Positions 1-8,768 of a stretch of 64,000 bases of DNA are shown here, in pieces. Source of the stretch: a bacterium (lineage in GTDB: Bacteria; Bacillota_I; Bacilli_A; RF39; UBA660); contig JAWXUH010000006.1 in NCBI GenBank assembly GCA_044432745.1, forward strand, positions 1,375 to 65,374, in the 5' to 3' direction. The position numbers and the translations under genes are program-made. Under the pieces are notes generated by a model. The model worked only from the letters and a program-made list of their open reading frames with translations, did not search any database and was not told the origin of the DNA. Numbering within the stretch: the stretch's first letter is position 1; every line of letters starts with the position of its first letter.

Positions 1-543
1 TTCGCTAAAAGATACTTCAAAAAGTGAAGATGTTTCTACATCTGTTCCAAAAAATTGAGTAGTAGTATTAGATATAGCACTAATAGAAGGTCTACCTTCT
101 AAATCTCTAGTTTCATGTTGGATAGTAATATCACTTTCAAAAAGTTTACCAGCATTAATATTTTGATTAGTCTCAAGGTTCATAAAGAATAATACAAAAG
201 TCCATTCTTGAACTGTTGGTGCAGTACCATCAGTAACTATTTCATATTCTACTGATACTGGATAAATTTCCTGCGCAGTAGTAATATCAAAACCTTTAAC
301 ACCATCTGATGTAGTAACGTATTCTAAACCTTCGATAGAAGTTACTTCATTACCAAGTGGATCAAAAACTTGTAGTACTAATTCAGGAGTTTCATCATCT
401 CCAGTAGAGTAAACAAACTCATTGTCTACAATTCTATAATATATACTATAAAAATCTGTATACTCTTCTCCTGGAAGTGGAGTAGTGGTATAAAAAAATG
501 TAAAATTATAGAAAAAGTAATAAAAATAAGCATAATCTAACAT
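1..543 (-). CDS. Partial hypothetical protein. The N-terminus is in the window and the C-terminus runs off the window start. The N-terminus is aromatic-rich (MLDYAYFYYFFYNF...).
   Basis: Reverse-strand reading frame from ATG (revcomp of 541-543) is open to the window edge. There is an in-frame TAA stop upstream of the ATG. No good SD. It is divergent from the promoter of the 651 gene. Confidence 0.3.
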   Translation of the reverse strand, partial: MLDYAYFYYFFYNFTFFYTTTPLPGEEYTDFYSIYYRIVDNEFVYSTGDDETPELVLQVFDPLGNEVTSIEGLEYVTTSDGVKGFDITTAQEIYPVSVEYEIVTDGTAPTVQEWTFVLFFMNLETNQNINAGKLFESDITIQHETRDLEGRPSISAISNTTTQFFGTDVETSSLFEVSFSE

Positions 544-590
544 ATAAAAATAGGGTAGAGATATGCTTATTTTTATGCTAAATGTTCTCC

Positions 591-619
591 TTTACATATC
601 TTTGTTTTTTTTATATAAT
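591..619 (+). promoter_or_regulatory. Sigma-A-type promoter for the WG-repeat gene trio: -35 TTTACA (591-596), 17-nt spacer, -10 TATAAT (614-619).
   Basis: Hexamers and spacing read directly. Located ~30 nt upstream of the RBS GAGGT and the ATG at 651. Confidence 0.5.
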
Positions 620-650
620 TAGTAGTAAGGTATAGAAATGAGGTTAAAAT

Positions 651-2633
651 ATGGAAGTAATAGATTTAAATGAGGAAGTAACCGAAGAAGTTGTTCCTAA
701 TGAAGAAGTTGAAGAAGTAGTAGAAAAGAAGGTTAAAAAGAAAAAGAAAAACCCTTTAATAAAAATTAAAGAGTGGTTTGAAGAACTAAGTAAAAAGAAT
801 AAAATTATATTCTGCGTTTGTTTATCTCTTCTTTTAATAGCTATAATTGTACTTATTGTAGCTTTAACAGGTGATAAGGAAGATGAAAAAGCAGTAGAGG
901 AAGAAGAAATAGTAATTCTTTCTATGGGGAATTATAAATACATAGATGGAACATTATTTTTCTATGATGAAGAAGATACAGAACTAGGTTCTTATGTATG
1001 CGAAGTTAAAGATGAATCTAAATGTTCTCTTGCTATAAGTTCTATAGATACAACACTAGATTTAGTTGTATCTATATATGAAGATGAAACATCAGTTGAT
1101 TATTATATGCCAATATATGAAAATCATGTTTTCATTAGAGATAATGATGCTATATATCTATATAACATAGATACAAATGAAGTAGATGAAGAATATCTTA
1201 ATGTTTATAAAGCATACTCAACGTATGCTATAACTGAAGATGAAAGTGGTAACTTCTATCTTCTAGATTTAGCTAAAGGATACGATATAATCAGTGATGG
1301 TAATTACGATTATATCGGAAGTAATCAATTAAATGATTACTTCTCATATTCAGATAACGGATCATACGGTATTATGGATAATACTGGTGAAGTTATAGTT
1401 AGTAAAGTAGATGGTACTATTACTAACTATAACGATGATGTTATAGTTGTTAAAGGATCAACTAATTCTTTAATTAATTATAAAAATGAAACTAAAGTTT
1501 CATCATTTGATGAAGTTAAACTATATGATGATTATGTATTTGTTATTATAGATGGATTTATTTATACTTATGATCTTGTATTTAATAAAATAAACGAAGT
1601 AGGTGTACCAATAGATGTTGATTCATATACTGATTATGATATATATAACGAAGGCGGAAAAATTACTGATAGTATAAGAGCTATCTCTTATACTAACTCT
1701 AATGAAAAAACATTAGTTATAAATAAAGTATCTTTTAATACTTATGAAGCAGTAGTAAATAGTAACTATGATTATATAAGTTATCTTGATGGAACTATAT
1801 ATACATATAGTGATAAAAATAAAAATAATATAACAGGTACTTATGATTGTAATGTTAAAAATAACATTACAACTACATCAGATACTTATACATCTTGTTA
1901 TATAGCTTCTCACAGTAGTTTAATGGATAGTTCCATTAAAACTACTGGAGTACTACCTATTGTTCATTCTAAGTATATTTTTGTATATGATACACAAACA
2001 TTATCACTTCATGATAATATTGTGTTATATGATATACAAAAAGAAGAAGAACTTGCATCTTATACAAACATAGAAGTATTATCATCTTCTACATATGAAA
2101 AGAATGTTACTAACTATTCAAGTGGTGACTTTGTTATATATGCATCTAATTCAGATGGATTATATGGTATAACTTCTTTATCTAAAACATCAGCTAGTAT
2201 TATAATAGATTTTAAATATGAATCTATTAGTACTTTAGATGGTTACTATGTAGCAGTAGATGAAAATGGTTATAGATTCTTATTTACTTCAAGTGGAAGT
2301 ATGATTAGTAGTTCATCTTCTAAACTTGAACATGATATAATTGGATATTCAAATGGTTATATTATTGCAAGTGTATCAGGTGCATACCAACTTTATAACG
2401 CTAGTGGAACATCTGTAAGTGATGTTTATGATCAAATATTTATGAGTACTACTAGATATGCTGTAATAGGTAATAAATCAGTAGATGTTTATTCATATAC
2501 TGATCAATCTTCAGTTTTATATACTACTGAAGTAGATTATAATTTTGATTATCTTACAATAGATGAAGATAACAATACTATTACAACATATGATACAAGT
2601 GGTAATGTTATTGAAACACATGAATTAGGATAG
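651..2633 (+). CDS. Membrane-anchored protein with an N-terminal acidic/Lys-rich segment, one TM helix and many YG/WG-type beta repeats (WG-repeat-like). First of three tandem paralogs.
   Basis: 660-aa ORF with RBS gaggt 8 nt upstream. TM helix IIFCVCLSLLLIAIIVLIVAL. Recurring G(L/S)YG(I/L)... repeat modules. Shares a F/LYD(E/G)(E/D)(D/N)xLGxYxC motif and D(G/N)D(A/T/L)xYLYN with the next two ORFs. Confidence 0.75.
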   Translation: MEVIDLNEEVTEEVVPNEEVEEVVEKKVKKKKKNPLIKIKEWFEELSKKNKIIFCVCLSLLLIAIIVLIVALTGDKEDEKAVEEEEIVILSMGNYKYIDGTLFFYDEEDTELGSYVCEVKDESKCSLAISSIDTTLDLVVSIYEDETSVDYYMPIYENHVFIRDNDAIYLYNIDTNEVDEEYLNVYKAYSTYAITEDESGNFYLLDLAKGYDIISDGNYDYIGSNQLNDYFSYSDNGSYGIMDNTGEVIVSKVDGTITNYNDDVIVVKGSTNSLINYKNETKVSSFDEVKLYDDYVFVIIDGFIYTYDLVFNKINEVGVPIDVDSYTDYDIYNEGGKITDSIRAISYTNSNEKTLVINKVSFNTYEAVVNSNYDYISYLDGTIYTYSDKNKNNITGTYDCNVKNNITTTSDTYTSCYIASHSSLMDSSIKTTGVLPIVHSKYIFVYDTQTLSLHDNIVLYDIQKEEELASYTNIEVLSSSTYEKNVTNYSSGDFVIYASNSDGLYGITSLSKTSASIIIDFKYESISTLDGYYVAVDENGYRFLFTSSGSMISSSSSKLEHDIIGYSNGYIIASVSGAYQLYNASGTSVSDVYDQIFMSTTRYAVIGNKSVDVYSYTDQSSVLYTTEVDYNFDYLTIDEDNNTITTYDTSGNVIETHELG

Positions 2634-2646
2634 GAGAGAAGTAAAT

Positions 2647-3537
2647 ATGAAAAAAAATAGACCAACTTATTATTTTATGGTTGCATGTTTTGCTATATTT
2701 TCAATATTATCTATATATGGACACTTTGCTATAAAAGGTGAAAAGGATTCTTTAATTAATCATAATAATGAATTCTATTACTTAGGTGAATTATATTTCT
2801 ATGATGGTTCTAATAACTTACTTGGTACTTATACTTGTAAAACTGAAAATTGTGGATATGCTCCTAGTACTAAAGAAACTAATATATCTAATTATTATGA
2901 AAAAGGAGAAGTATACAATCTAGGTATGCTTGAAGGTTATACTTTCATTGAAGATGGAGATACAGTATATCTATATAATTATTTAAATTCTACTGAAATG
3001 ATAGATTATGATGCAATTAAATTTTATAACGCTTATATAAATGAAGGTTATATATTTGTAAAATATCAAGGTAAGTGGGGTACATTTAACATACAGAATA
3101 TGTCAAATGTAATAACAGCTATATACGATGATCTATCTCTTGCACCTAATCTAAATGGTCTTTTATTATCTGGTACTCATATACTTGCTAGTCAAAGTGG
3201 AGTTAACTTTATAATAGATCAAGAAGGTAATACTTTAACTAAGAAATATTATGACTCTATTATAGATTATAATAGCAGATATATATTTTTAGAATCAGAT
3301 GTTATATACGTTAATGATTATGAAGGTGCTGAACTTCTTAGTTACCTTGATATAACTTCAATGTACAGATCTGCTAATTATTATGGATTTGTATCTGATG
3401 GAATGTTACATATGTATAATAATTTATATAATGATGAAGCTTTAGAAGTTATAGATATTGAAGGATATTCAAATATATCAATTGTTGAAACAGGTGGAGG
3501 ATACGAAGTTCATTCAAACGGCGAAGTAATAGAATAA
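2647..3537 (+). CDS. Membrane-anchored WG-repeat-like protein, paralog 2 of 3 (296 aa).
   Basis: RBS ggagag. N-terminal TM segment. Motifs LYFYDGSNNLLGTYTCKTENCGYA, DGDTVYLYN and QGKWGTFN (WG repeat). Confidence 0.75.
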   Translation: MKKNRPTYYFMVACFAIFSILSIYGHFAIKGEKDSLINHNNEFYYLGELYFYDGSNNLLGTYTCKTENCGYAPSTKETNISNYYEKGEVYNLGMLEGYTFIEDGDTVYLYNYLNSTEMIDYDAIKFYNAYINEGYIFVKYQGKWGTFNIQNMSNVITAIYDDLSLAPNLNGLLLSGTHILASQSGVNFIIDQEGNTLTKKYYDSIIDYNSRYIFLESDVIYVNDYEGAELLSYLDITSMYRSANYYGFVSDGMLHMYNNLYNDEALEVIDIEGYSNISIVETGGGYEVHSNGEVIE

Positions 3538-3551
3538 AAAGGAAAAAAATT

Positions 3552-4922
3552 ATGATAAGAAAAATATTGTTATGTATTATATTTGTACTTATATGCACTG
3601 CTACATACTTACTTGTATCTGTTAATAATTTTAAAGTAGATGATTTAAAATTACACTATAGTGTTTACTTAGATGGAGAATTATCTTTATATGATGGAGA
3701 AGATAACTTATTAGGTAATTATACATGCACAGGAAGTAAGGAAACTTGCTTCCTGGCATATTCATACCAAGAGAGTAAACTTGATATAGAAAGATATGTT
3801 TATGAGGATATGAAGTCTATTGAAATGACTTTACCTATAAATGGTGGTGCATTTATACATGATGGGGATTTAGTTTATTATGTAGATTTAAGTAATGGTT
3901 CTGTATTAAAAGAATATAGAGACGTTAAATATCTAAATAATGATTATATAGCTTTGAAAGATACTGATGGTAATGTAAGTTTAGCAGAACTAAGTTCTTC
4001 AAAACTTACATATATTACAGAATCTATTTATACATATGTAGGTTCTACTAGTTATTCTAATAATTTCTTAGTAGAAGAGGGGGAAACTCAATATCTTATC
4101 AATTCTTCAGGTAATGAAGTAAGTACTAAGTTTAGTGGTAGTATTATAAATTATAATGATGATTTTATAATTGTTAAAGAAAATAACTTACATTATATTT
4201 ATAATTATAGTGGAGATAAAACTCTTCTTAATGGTTATACTTTTGCAAGACTTGATAAAAAATATATTTATGTAGTATCTAATAATTTATTAGTTATTTA
4301 CGATGTTAGTTTTAATAGAATAAATGATGAACCTATTAATTTAGGTACTGTTAATAACTGGGATACTTATAATATCTATAGTGATAGTCGTGAATATATA
4401 GATACTTCCGCAGTATTTACTAGTAGTAATAACTACTATGAAATAGTTATTACTACTAATACTGAAGAAAATACTGTTAAAATTGATAGTGATTTTACAG
4501 ATTATTATAGCTTTTCAAATAACTCTATATACTTTTACGAAGATCTTTATAAAGAAAATTTAAGAAGTAAATATGATTGTAGTGATAGTAAATGTAAATT
4601 CTTAGAATCAAGTAAACTTATAACACAAATAACAGAGGAATACTCTGATACATTTATAGATAATAGATATGTTGTTATAAATGATGAAGTAGGTTTTGTT
4701 TATGACATAAATTCAAAAGAGAAATCCTTTGAAATAATATCATTTCAAAGAATTTCTGAAAATGATATGTTATATACAAATAAAGATGGATTATATGGTT
4801 TGATATCTTTTGAAGATGGTGTTACGTCTTTAGCAGATGCTATATATGAGTCTGTTGTAGTTAACGATAATAAAATGATACTTAAGAGTAATAATAATTC
4901 TTATGAATATATTATAGAATAA
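3552..4922 (+). CDS. Membrane-anchored WG-repeat-like protein, paralog 3 of 3 (456 aa).
   Basis: RBS aaaagga. TM helix near the N-terminus. LYDGEDNLLGNYTC and DGDLVYYVD motifs. DGLYGLISFEDGV repeat near the C-terminus. Confidence 0.75.
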   Translation: MIRKILLCIIFVLICTATYLLVSVNNFKVDDLKLHYSVYLDGELSLYDGEDNLLGNYTCTGSKETCFLAYSYQESKLDIERYVYEDMKSIEMTLPINGGAFIHDGDLVYYVDLSNGSVLKEYRDVKYLNNDYIALKDTDGNVSLAELSSSKLTYITESIYTYVGSTSYSNNFLVEEGETQYLINSSGNEVSTKFSGSIINYNDDFIIVKENNLHYIYNYSGDKTLLNGYTFARLDKKYIYVVSNNLLVIYDVSFNRINDEPINLGTVNNWDTYNIYSDSREYIDTSAVFTSSNNYYEIVITTNTEENTVKIDSDFTDYYSFSNNSIYFYEDLYKENLRSKYDCSDSKCKFLESSKLITQITEEYSDTFIDNRYVVINDEVGFVYDINSKEKSFEIISFQRISENDMLYTNKDGLYGLISFEDGVTSLADAIYESVVVNDNKMILKSNNNSYEYIIE

Positions 4923-4938
4923 GAAACATTTATATAAA

Positions 4939-4975
4939 CTATTAATAAAGTAATTTATTAATAGTTTTTTTATGA
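4939..4975 (+). terminator. Rho-independent terminator after the WG-repeat trio.
   Basis: Inverted repeat ctattaataaa...tttattaatag followed by a T-run. Confidence 0.55.
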
Positions 4976-5082
4976 AAATAAAATATAAAAAATACCAAAT
5001 TTCATATTTAGTATTAATTAATGAATTATAAAATATATTATGTTATAGTTATTTTGCGAACGCTCAAAGAAGGAGTATTTAA

Positions 5083-5949
5083 ATGAAATTAACACTACCA
5101 TTACTAAGGTATGATTGTGTATTTAAACATATATTTAAATCAAATAAAAAAGGATTAATTTATATGATAAACGGAGTAACAGGAAGTAATTATAGAGAAG
5201 AGGATATAGAATTAATAGATAATGAAATAATTGGAAATACAATAGATAATAAGTATTCAACTATAGATTTATATGTTAAAGATAGATTAACAGGAGAAAA
5301 GGTATTAATAGAAATGCAAAATATAATACATGCTAATTTTGCAGAAAGAAGACATTACTTAAATAACAAAAGTTTTAATTCACAATTTATCAAAGGTGGG
5401 AATTTTAAAGTAAACAAAAGCATATCTATATTTATATTAGGATCTACAAGTGATAGTTATCCGAAGTCTTTGATAAATTATCATAAATATGATAAGATAG
5501 CTTTAGAAATTGAAAAGAGTAATGAGTTAATAAAAGATGAAGTATTAATAGATGAATTTATTGTTAATTTGAAACTTTTAGGAACAGATAATAGATTAGA
5601 TGATAAACTAGTTGAATTTTTCTCTCTTTTTAATCTAAAAGGACATGAGGAGCTAAAAAGTATGAGTGATAAAGATGAACTATATAAAGATATTTATGAA
5701 AGTGTAAAAGAAATAACAGAAGAATCAATAATAACAGAAGATTTAGCAATAAGAGAATATAATCAGCATATGTATGATGCAAGAGAACAAGGAATTGAAC
5801 AAGGAATTGAACAAGGAATTGAGCAAGGAATTGAACAAACTAAAGTAATATTAGCTCAAAAATTATTAGATATATTAGACGATGAAACTATAAGTTTAAA
5901 AATCGGACTACCTATAGAAGAAGTAAAAGAAATGAGAAAAAACAATTAA
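5083..5949 (+). CDS. Rpn/YhgA-like PD-(D/E)xK nuclease family protein (recombination-promoting nuclease / putative transposase family). The C-terminus carries (EQGI)n repeats.
   Basis: RBS gaaggag. N-terminal YDxVFKHIF motif. TIDLYVKD...GEKVLIEMQ PD-(D/E)xK-like core. C-terminal EQGIEQGIEQGIEQGIEQ is typical of Rpn-family tails. Confidence 0.65.
   Translation: MKLTLPLLRYDCVFKHIFKSNKKGLIYMINGVTGSNYREEDIELIDNEIIGNTIDNKYSTIDLYVKDRLTGEKVLIEMQNIIHANFAERRHYLNNKSFNSQFIKGGNFKVNKSISIFILGSTSDSYPKSLINYHKYDKIALEIEKSNELIKDEVLIDEFIVNLKLLGTDNRLDDKLVEFFSLFNLKGHEELKSMSDKDELYKDIYESVKEITEESIITEDLAIREYNQHMYDAREQGIEQGIEQGIEQGIEQTKVILAQKLLDILDDETISLKIGLPIEEVKEMRKNN
5785..5838 (+). repeat. 12-bp tandem repeat (gaacaaggaatt) x4.5, encoding EQGI units. 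An identical block recurs at 6181-6234.
   Basis: Read directly. One unit has an a->g change (gagcaa). Confidence 0.9.
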
Positions 5950-6057
5950 ACTACAAAATTTAAAATACTAGTAGTTTAGATTTAAGATGTAGACAAATTT
6001 GCATATATAATATATATTTGTTGTTTTAATCTAAAAGGACATGAGGAGCTAAAAAGT

Positions 6058-6345
6058 ATGAGTGATAAAGATGAACTATATAAAGATATTTATGAAAGTG
6101 TAAAAGAAATAACAGAAGAATCAATAATAACAGAAGATTTAGCAATAAGAGAATATAATCAGCATATGTATGATGCAAGAGAACAAGGAATTGAACAAGG
6201 AATTGAACAAGGAATTGAGCAAGGAATTGAACAAACTAAAGTAATATTAGCTCAAAAATTATTAGATATATTAGACGATGAAACTATAAGTTTAAAAATC
6301 GGACTACCTATAGAAGAAGTAAAAGAAATGAGAAAAAATAATTAA
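6058..6345 (+). pseudogene. Duplicated 3' fragment of the Rpn-like gene (95-aa ORF from an internal Met), probably a non-functional remnant.
   Basis: The protein is identical to the last 95 aa of the 5083-5949 product. It lacks the nuclease core. Confidence 0.6.
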
Positions 6346-6358
6346 ATTATAAAACAAA

Positions 6359-6400
6359 AAAGAATGTTAGCAATATAACTTGTTAACATTCTTTTTTTTA
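6359..6400 (+). terminator. Rho-independent terminator after the duplicated fragment.
   Basis: agaatgtta...taacattct stem followed by a T-run. Confidence 0.5.
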
Positions 6401-6481
6401 AAAAATAGAAACTAAAATTTTATTTTCTATTTGACTTATATAGTATGTATAACTTATAATAATTAGGAGAGGATAAATATT

Positions 6482-8332
6482 ATGGGATTAGAAGGATTTA
6501 GTGATAAAAAAAAAATTGTGAAAGAATTAGGTGATGATATTGAAGGTATCAATGAAGTTAAAATTCGTCCTAAATCTTTATATGCTAGCGCTATTAGAGA
6601 GCTTGTAGCAACATATTTAACATATGAATATTTACCTTTAACAAACCTTCAAAAAATACAAGATGATCTATCTTTATCGGGAATATATCCTACTATGACT
6701 GAGATAGAAAAAGACGTAATGAGTTTACTTTCTAAAAAAAGGCATGGTGAATCCGATTCAAGTTTTTTATCAAAAATTATATATATGGATTTTAATCCAT
6801 CATTTGATGCATCAATTTCTCAAAGTAATAGAAGAAAAACATCATCTAATCTTAGTATAGAAGAAATTACAAAAAAAAATATAGACCTTTTAGAAGGAAT
6901 TAAGACGCAAGAACATAAAAATGAGGATGATGTAACGATAAAAGCTCATGAAATGAAAGAAATGTTAGAAAAAGAAAAAAATGATAGATTTCTAGAGGCT
7001 TTAGAAAAACTTAAAGGAGTTTTATCTACAAAAGTTAGAATGTATTATGAGGATATCGTACTTGAAAAATATAATGAAGATAATAGAAGAGATTTAGAAG
7101 AACTTGAAATATCTCGTAAAAACGTTTATTCTGTTACAGTAGATAATACAGAAGCATACGTTGATGAACATACTAAATTGTATATTAAATATTTAAATAG
7201 TAATAAAATACGTGAAGATTTCAAAAAACGATGTGTTATAAATACTGTAGAAAATAAACAAGAAGACAAAGAAATTAGTTACGATAAAATTATTAAGAAG
7301 AATACTAATGAAGAGGAAACATTATTTAATGTATATTTAGAATATTGCAGTAATTTTCCTGGTGCTATTGATCTAATTCCTGTTGAATATAGATCTAGAG
7401 TTCAAACAAGAATAGAATATGAAAATGAAATAAAAAAAGGGTTAGGTTTAGAAGTAATAACAACTGAAAATAACATAAAAGAGGAAATTGTTTCTGATAG
7501 TTTAGAATTAGATAATACATTAGATTTTTCTGATTTTGATTCTTTGCTTGTATATGATAGTTCTGAAATAGAACATTTTGATTTTGATTTATCTCATGTT
7601 GAAGAACAACCTACATTCAATGTATCAGAAGGAGTAAACGGTTATTTAAATAAATTCCATAATGAGTTTCATGAAAGTAATAAAGATAACATTAACGTAG
7701 TAAAAGACGAAGTTGTAGAACAACCTACATTCAATGTATCAGAAGGAGTAAACGGTTATTTAAATAAATTCCATAACGAGTTTCATGAAAGTAATAAAGA
7801 TAACATTAACGTAGTTAAAGATGAAGTTGTAGAGCAACCTACGTTCAATGTATCAGAAGGAGTAAATGGTTATTTAAATAAATTCCATAATGAGTTTCAC
7901 GAAAGTAATAAAGATAACATTAATGTAGTAAAAGAGGAAGTTGTAGAACAACCTACATTCAATGTATCAGAAGGAGTAAATGATTATTTAAATAAATTCC
8001 ATAAAGATAGTGTTGATAATGTTAATGTAGTTACATCTGAAAAACAAAATACAGTTGTTAAAGATAACGAAGTATCTAATATTGTTGAATCTACAACAGA
8101 TGAACAAACCGAAAAGAAAACTATATTGATAAATGGTATTATAAAAGCTAAAGCTTATATAGGAGAATTTTCTTCTGTAAAAGTAGGAGAGTATGATGCT
8201 ATGGTAAAAATGATGGCAGAAGAAAAACATAAATTAACTAAATGTTCTTTAGAAGAGTTACAAGAACTTTATAATTCAAAATATAAAAATGTTACTGCGA
8301 AAGATATTCCAGTAGATAGTTACAATAAATAA
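6482..8332 (+). CDS. Hypothetical acidic protein (616 aa) with four 38-aa tandem repeats (VVEQPTFNVSEGVNGYLNKFHNEFHESNKDNINVVKDE).
   Basis: RBS aggagagg. The internal 114-bp repeats are in frame. No recognisable catalytic motif. Confidence 0.75.
   Translation: MGLEGFSDKKKIVKELGDDIEGINEVKIRPKSLYASAIRELVATYLTYEYLPLTNLQKIQDDLSLSGIYPTMTEIEKDVMSLLSKKRHGESDSSFLSKIIYMDFNPSFDASISQSNRRKTSSNLSIEEITKKNIDLLEGIKTQEHKNEDDVTIKAHEMKEMLEKEKNDRFLEALEKLKGVLSTKVRMYYEDIVLEKYNEDNRRDLEELEISRKNVYSVTVDNTEAYVDEHTKLYIKYLNSNKIREDFKKRCVINTVENKQEDKEISYDKIIKKNTNEEETLFNVYLEYCSNFPGAIDLIPVEYRSRVQTRIEYENEIKKGLGLEVITTENNIKEEIVSDSLELDNTLDFSDFDSLLVYDSSEIEHFDFDLSHVEEQPTFNVSEGVNGYLNKFHNEFHESNKDNINVVKDEVVEQPTFNVSEGVNGYLNKFHNEFHESNKDNINVVKDEVVEQPTFNVSEGVNGYLNKFHNEFHESNKDNINVVKEEVVEQPTFNVSEGVNDYLNKFHKDSVDNVNVVTSEKQNTVVKDNEVSNIVESTTDEQTEKKTILINGIIKAKAYIGEFSSVKVGEYDAMVKMMAEEKHKLTKCSLEELQELYNSKYKNVTAKDIPVDSYNK
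7604..8060 (+). repeat. 114-bp tandem repeat x4 (unit starts 7604, 7718, 7832, 7946) inside the 6482-8332 CDS. Copies differ mainly at synonymous positions.
   Basis: Period counted directly. Differences such as aatgag/aacgag and gtaaaagacgaa/gttaaagatgaa are silent. Confidence 0.85.
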
Positions 8333-8368
8333 AAAAATGATAACAAATATTTGTTATCATTTCTTTTT

Positions 8369-8554
8369 TTATTGGTCGAAATTTTTTCTGAAGTTAGGTC
8401 TGTTATTATTTTGATCAGCTTTTTTCTTGTCTCTACATTCCTTACATCTTACAGGTTCATTAGTGAACCCTCTTTCTTTATAAAATTCTTGTTCTCCAGC
8501 AGTAAATGTAAATTCTTTTTTACACTCCTTACAAACGATAGTTTTATCTTCCAT
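8369..8554 (-). CDS. Small zinc-ribbon protein (CxxC...CxxC), a conserved Firmicutes family.
   Basis: MEDKTIVCKECKKEFTFTAGEQEFYKERGFTNEPVRCKECRDKK, with RBS ggaggt on the reverse strand. The overlapping + ORF 8351-8590 is rejected. Confidence 0.75.
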   Translation of the reverse strand: MEDKTIVCKECKKEFTFTAGEQEFYKERGFTNEPVRCKECRDKKKADQNNNRPNFRKNFDQ

Positions 8555-8768
8555 GAGTACCTCCTATATCTGGTTTATTATTATCAATAATCTTTAAAGG
8601 AAATAGTAATAAAAAATAAACTTGAATTTAATATATCACGAAATAATAGTAAATGCAATATGCAAAAAAAAATCTTGCTATAATTTATATTATTTTGTCT
8701 TAAAATGTGATAAAAAGGTATCTTTTTTTAAATTTTTTTGTTATACTATATAATAGATGAGGTGTATT

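Larger units (their letters stand above)
5628..6345 (+). repeat. Near-perfect direct duplication of ~322 bp (5628-5949 vs 6024-6345; one mismatch, c5943/t6339). It duplicates the 3' end of the Rpn-like gene.
   Basis: Base-by-base comparison of the two copies, at a constant offset of 396 nt. Confidence 0.9.

Noticed and set aside
5785-5838. Short regular repeats that might suggest a CRISPR array. The 114-bp repeats at 7604-8060 raise the same question.
   Set aside because: The repeats are contiguous with no unique spacers, in frame within CDSs, and encode peptide repeats. No cas genes are present. No CRISPR-like repeat-spacer architecture was found anywhere in the window.
6058-6345. 95-aa ORF that could be called an independent small gene.
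   Set aside because: It is a verbatim duplicate of the 3' end of the upstream Rpn-like gene, with one nucleotide difference, and it lacks the catalytic N-terminal domain. Treated as a duplicated fragment or pseudogene.
5083-6400. Classical IS element or prophage boundary around the Rpn-like gene.
   Set aside because: No terminal inverted repeats, integrase, or DDE transposase were found. Only the Rpn-family nuclease and a direct duplication are present, so it is reported as a repeat or duplication rather than a mobile element.
7988-8230. Antisense 80-aa ORF inside the repeat protein gene. Similar antisense ORFs occur at 10209-10442, 10561-10776, 11088-11288, 14819-15055, 16792-17112, 20062-20256, 21960-22187, 26402-26650, 29419-29634, 33302-33493, 37086-37277, 38395-38601, 42398-42673, 45082-45267, 47354-47566, 50653-50853, 50920-51144, 54110-54307 and 62933-63121.
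   Set aside because: All are short, lack RBS, lie antisense to or overlapping well-supported longer CDSs, and have low-complexity composition typical of AT-rich mirror frames.
8351-8590. 79-aa + strand ORF, low-complexity Leu/Phe-rich.
   Set aside because: It is completely overlapped on the opposite strand by the conserved zinc-ribbon gene (8369-8554), which has a strong RBS and a recognisable CxxC...CxxC fold. The + ORF is a mirror-frame artefact.
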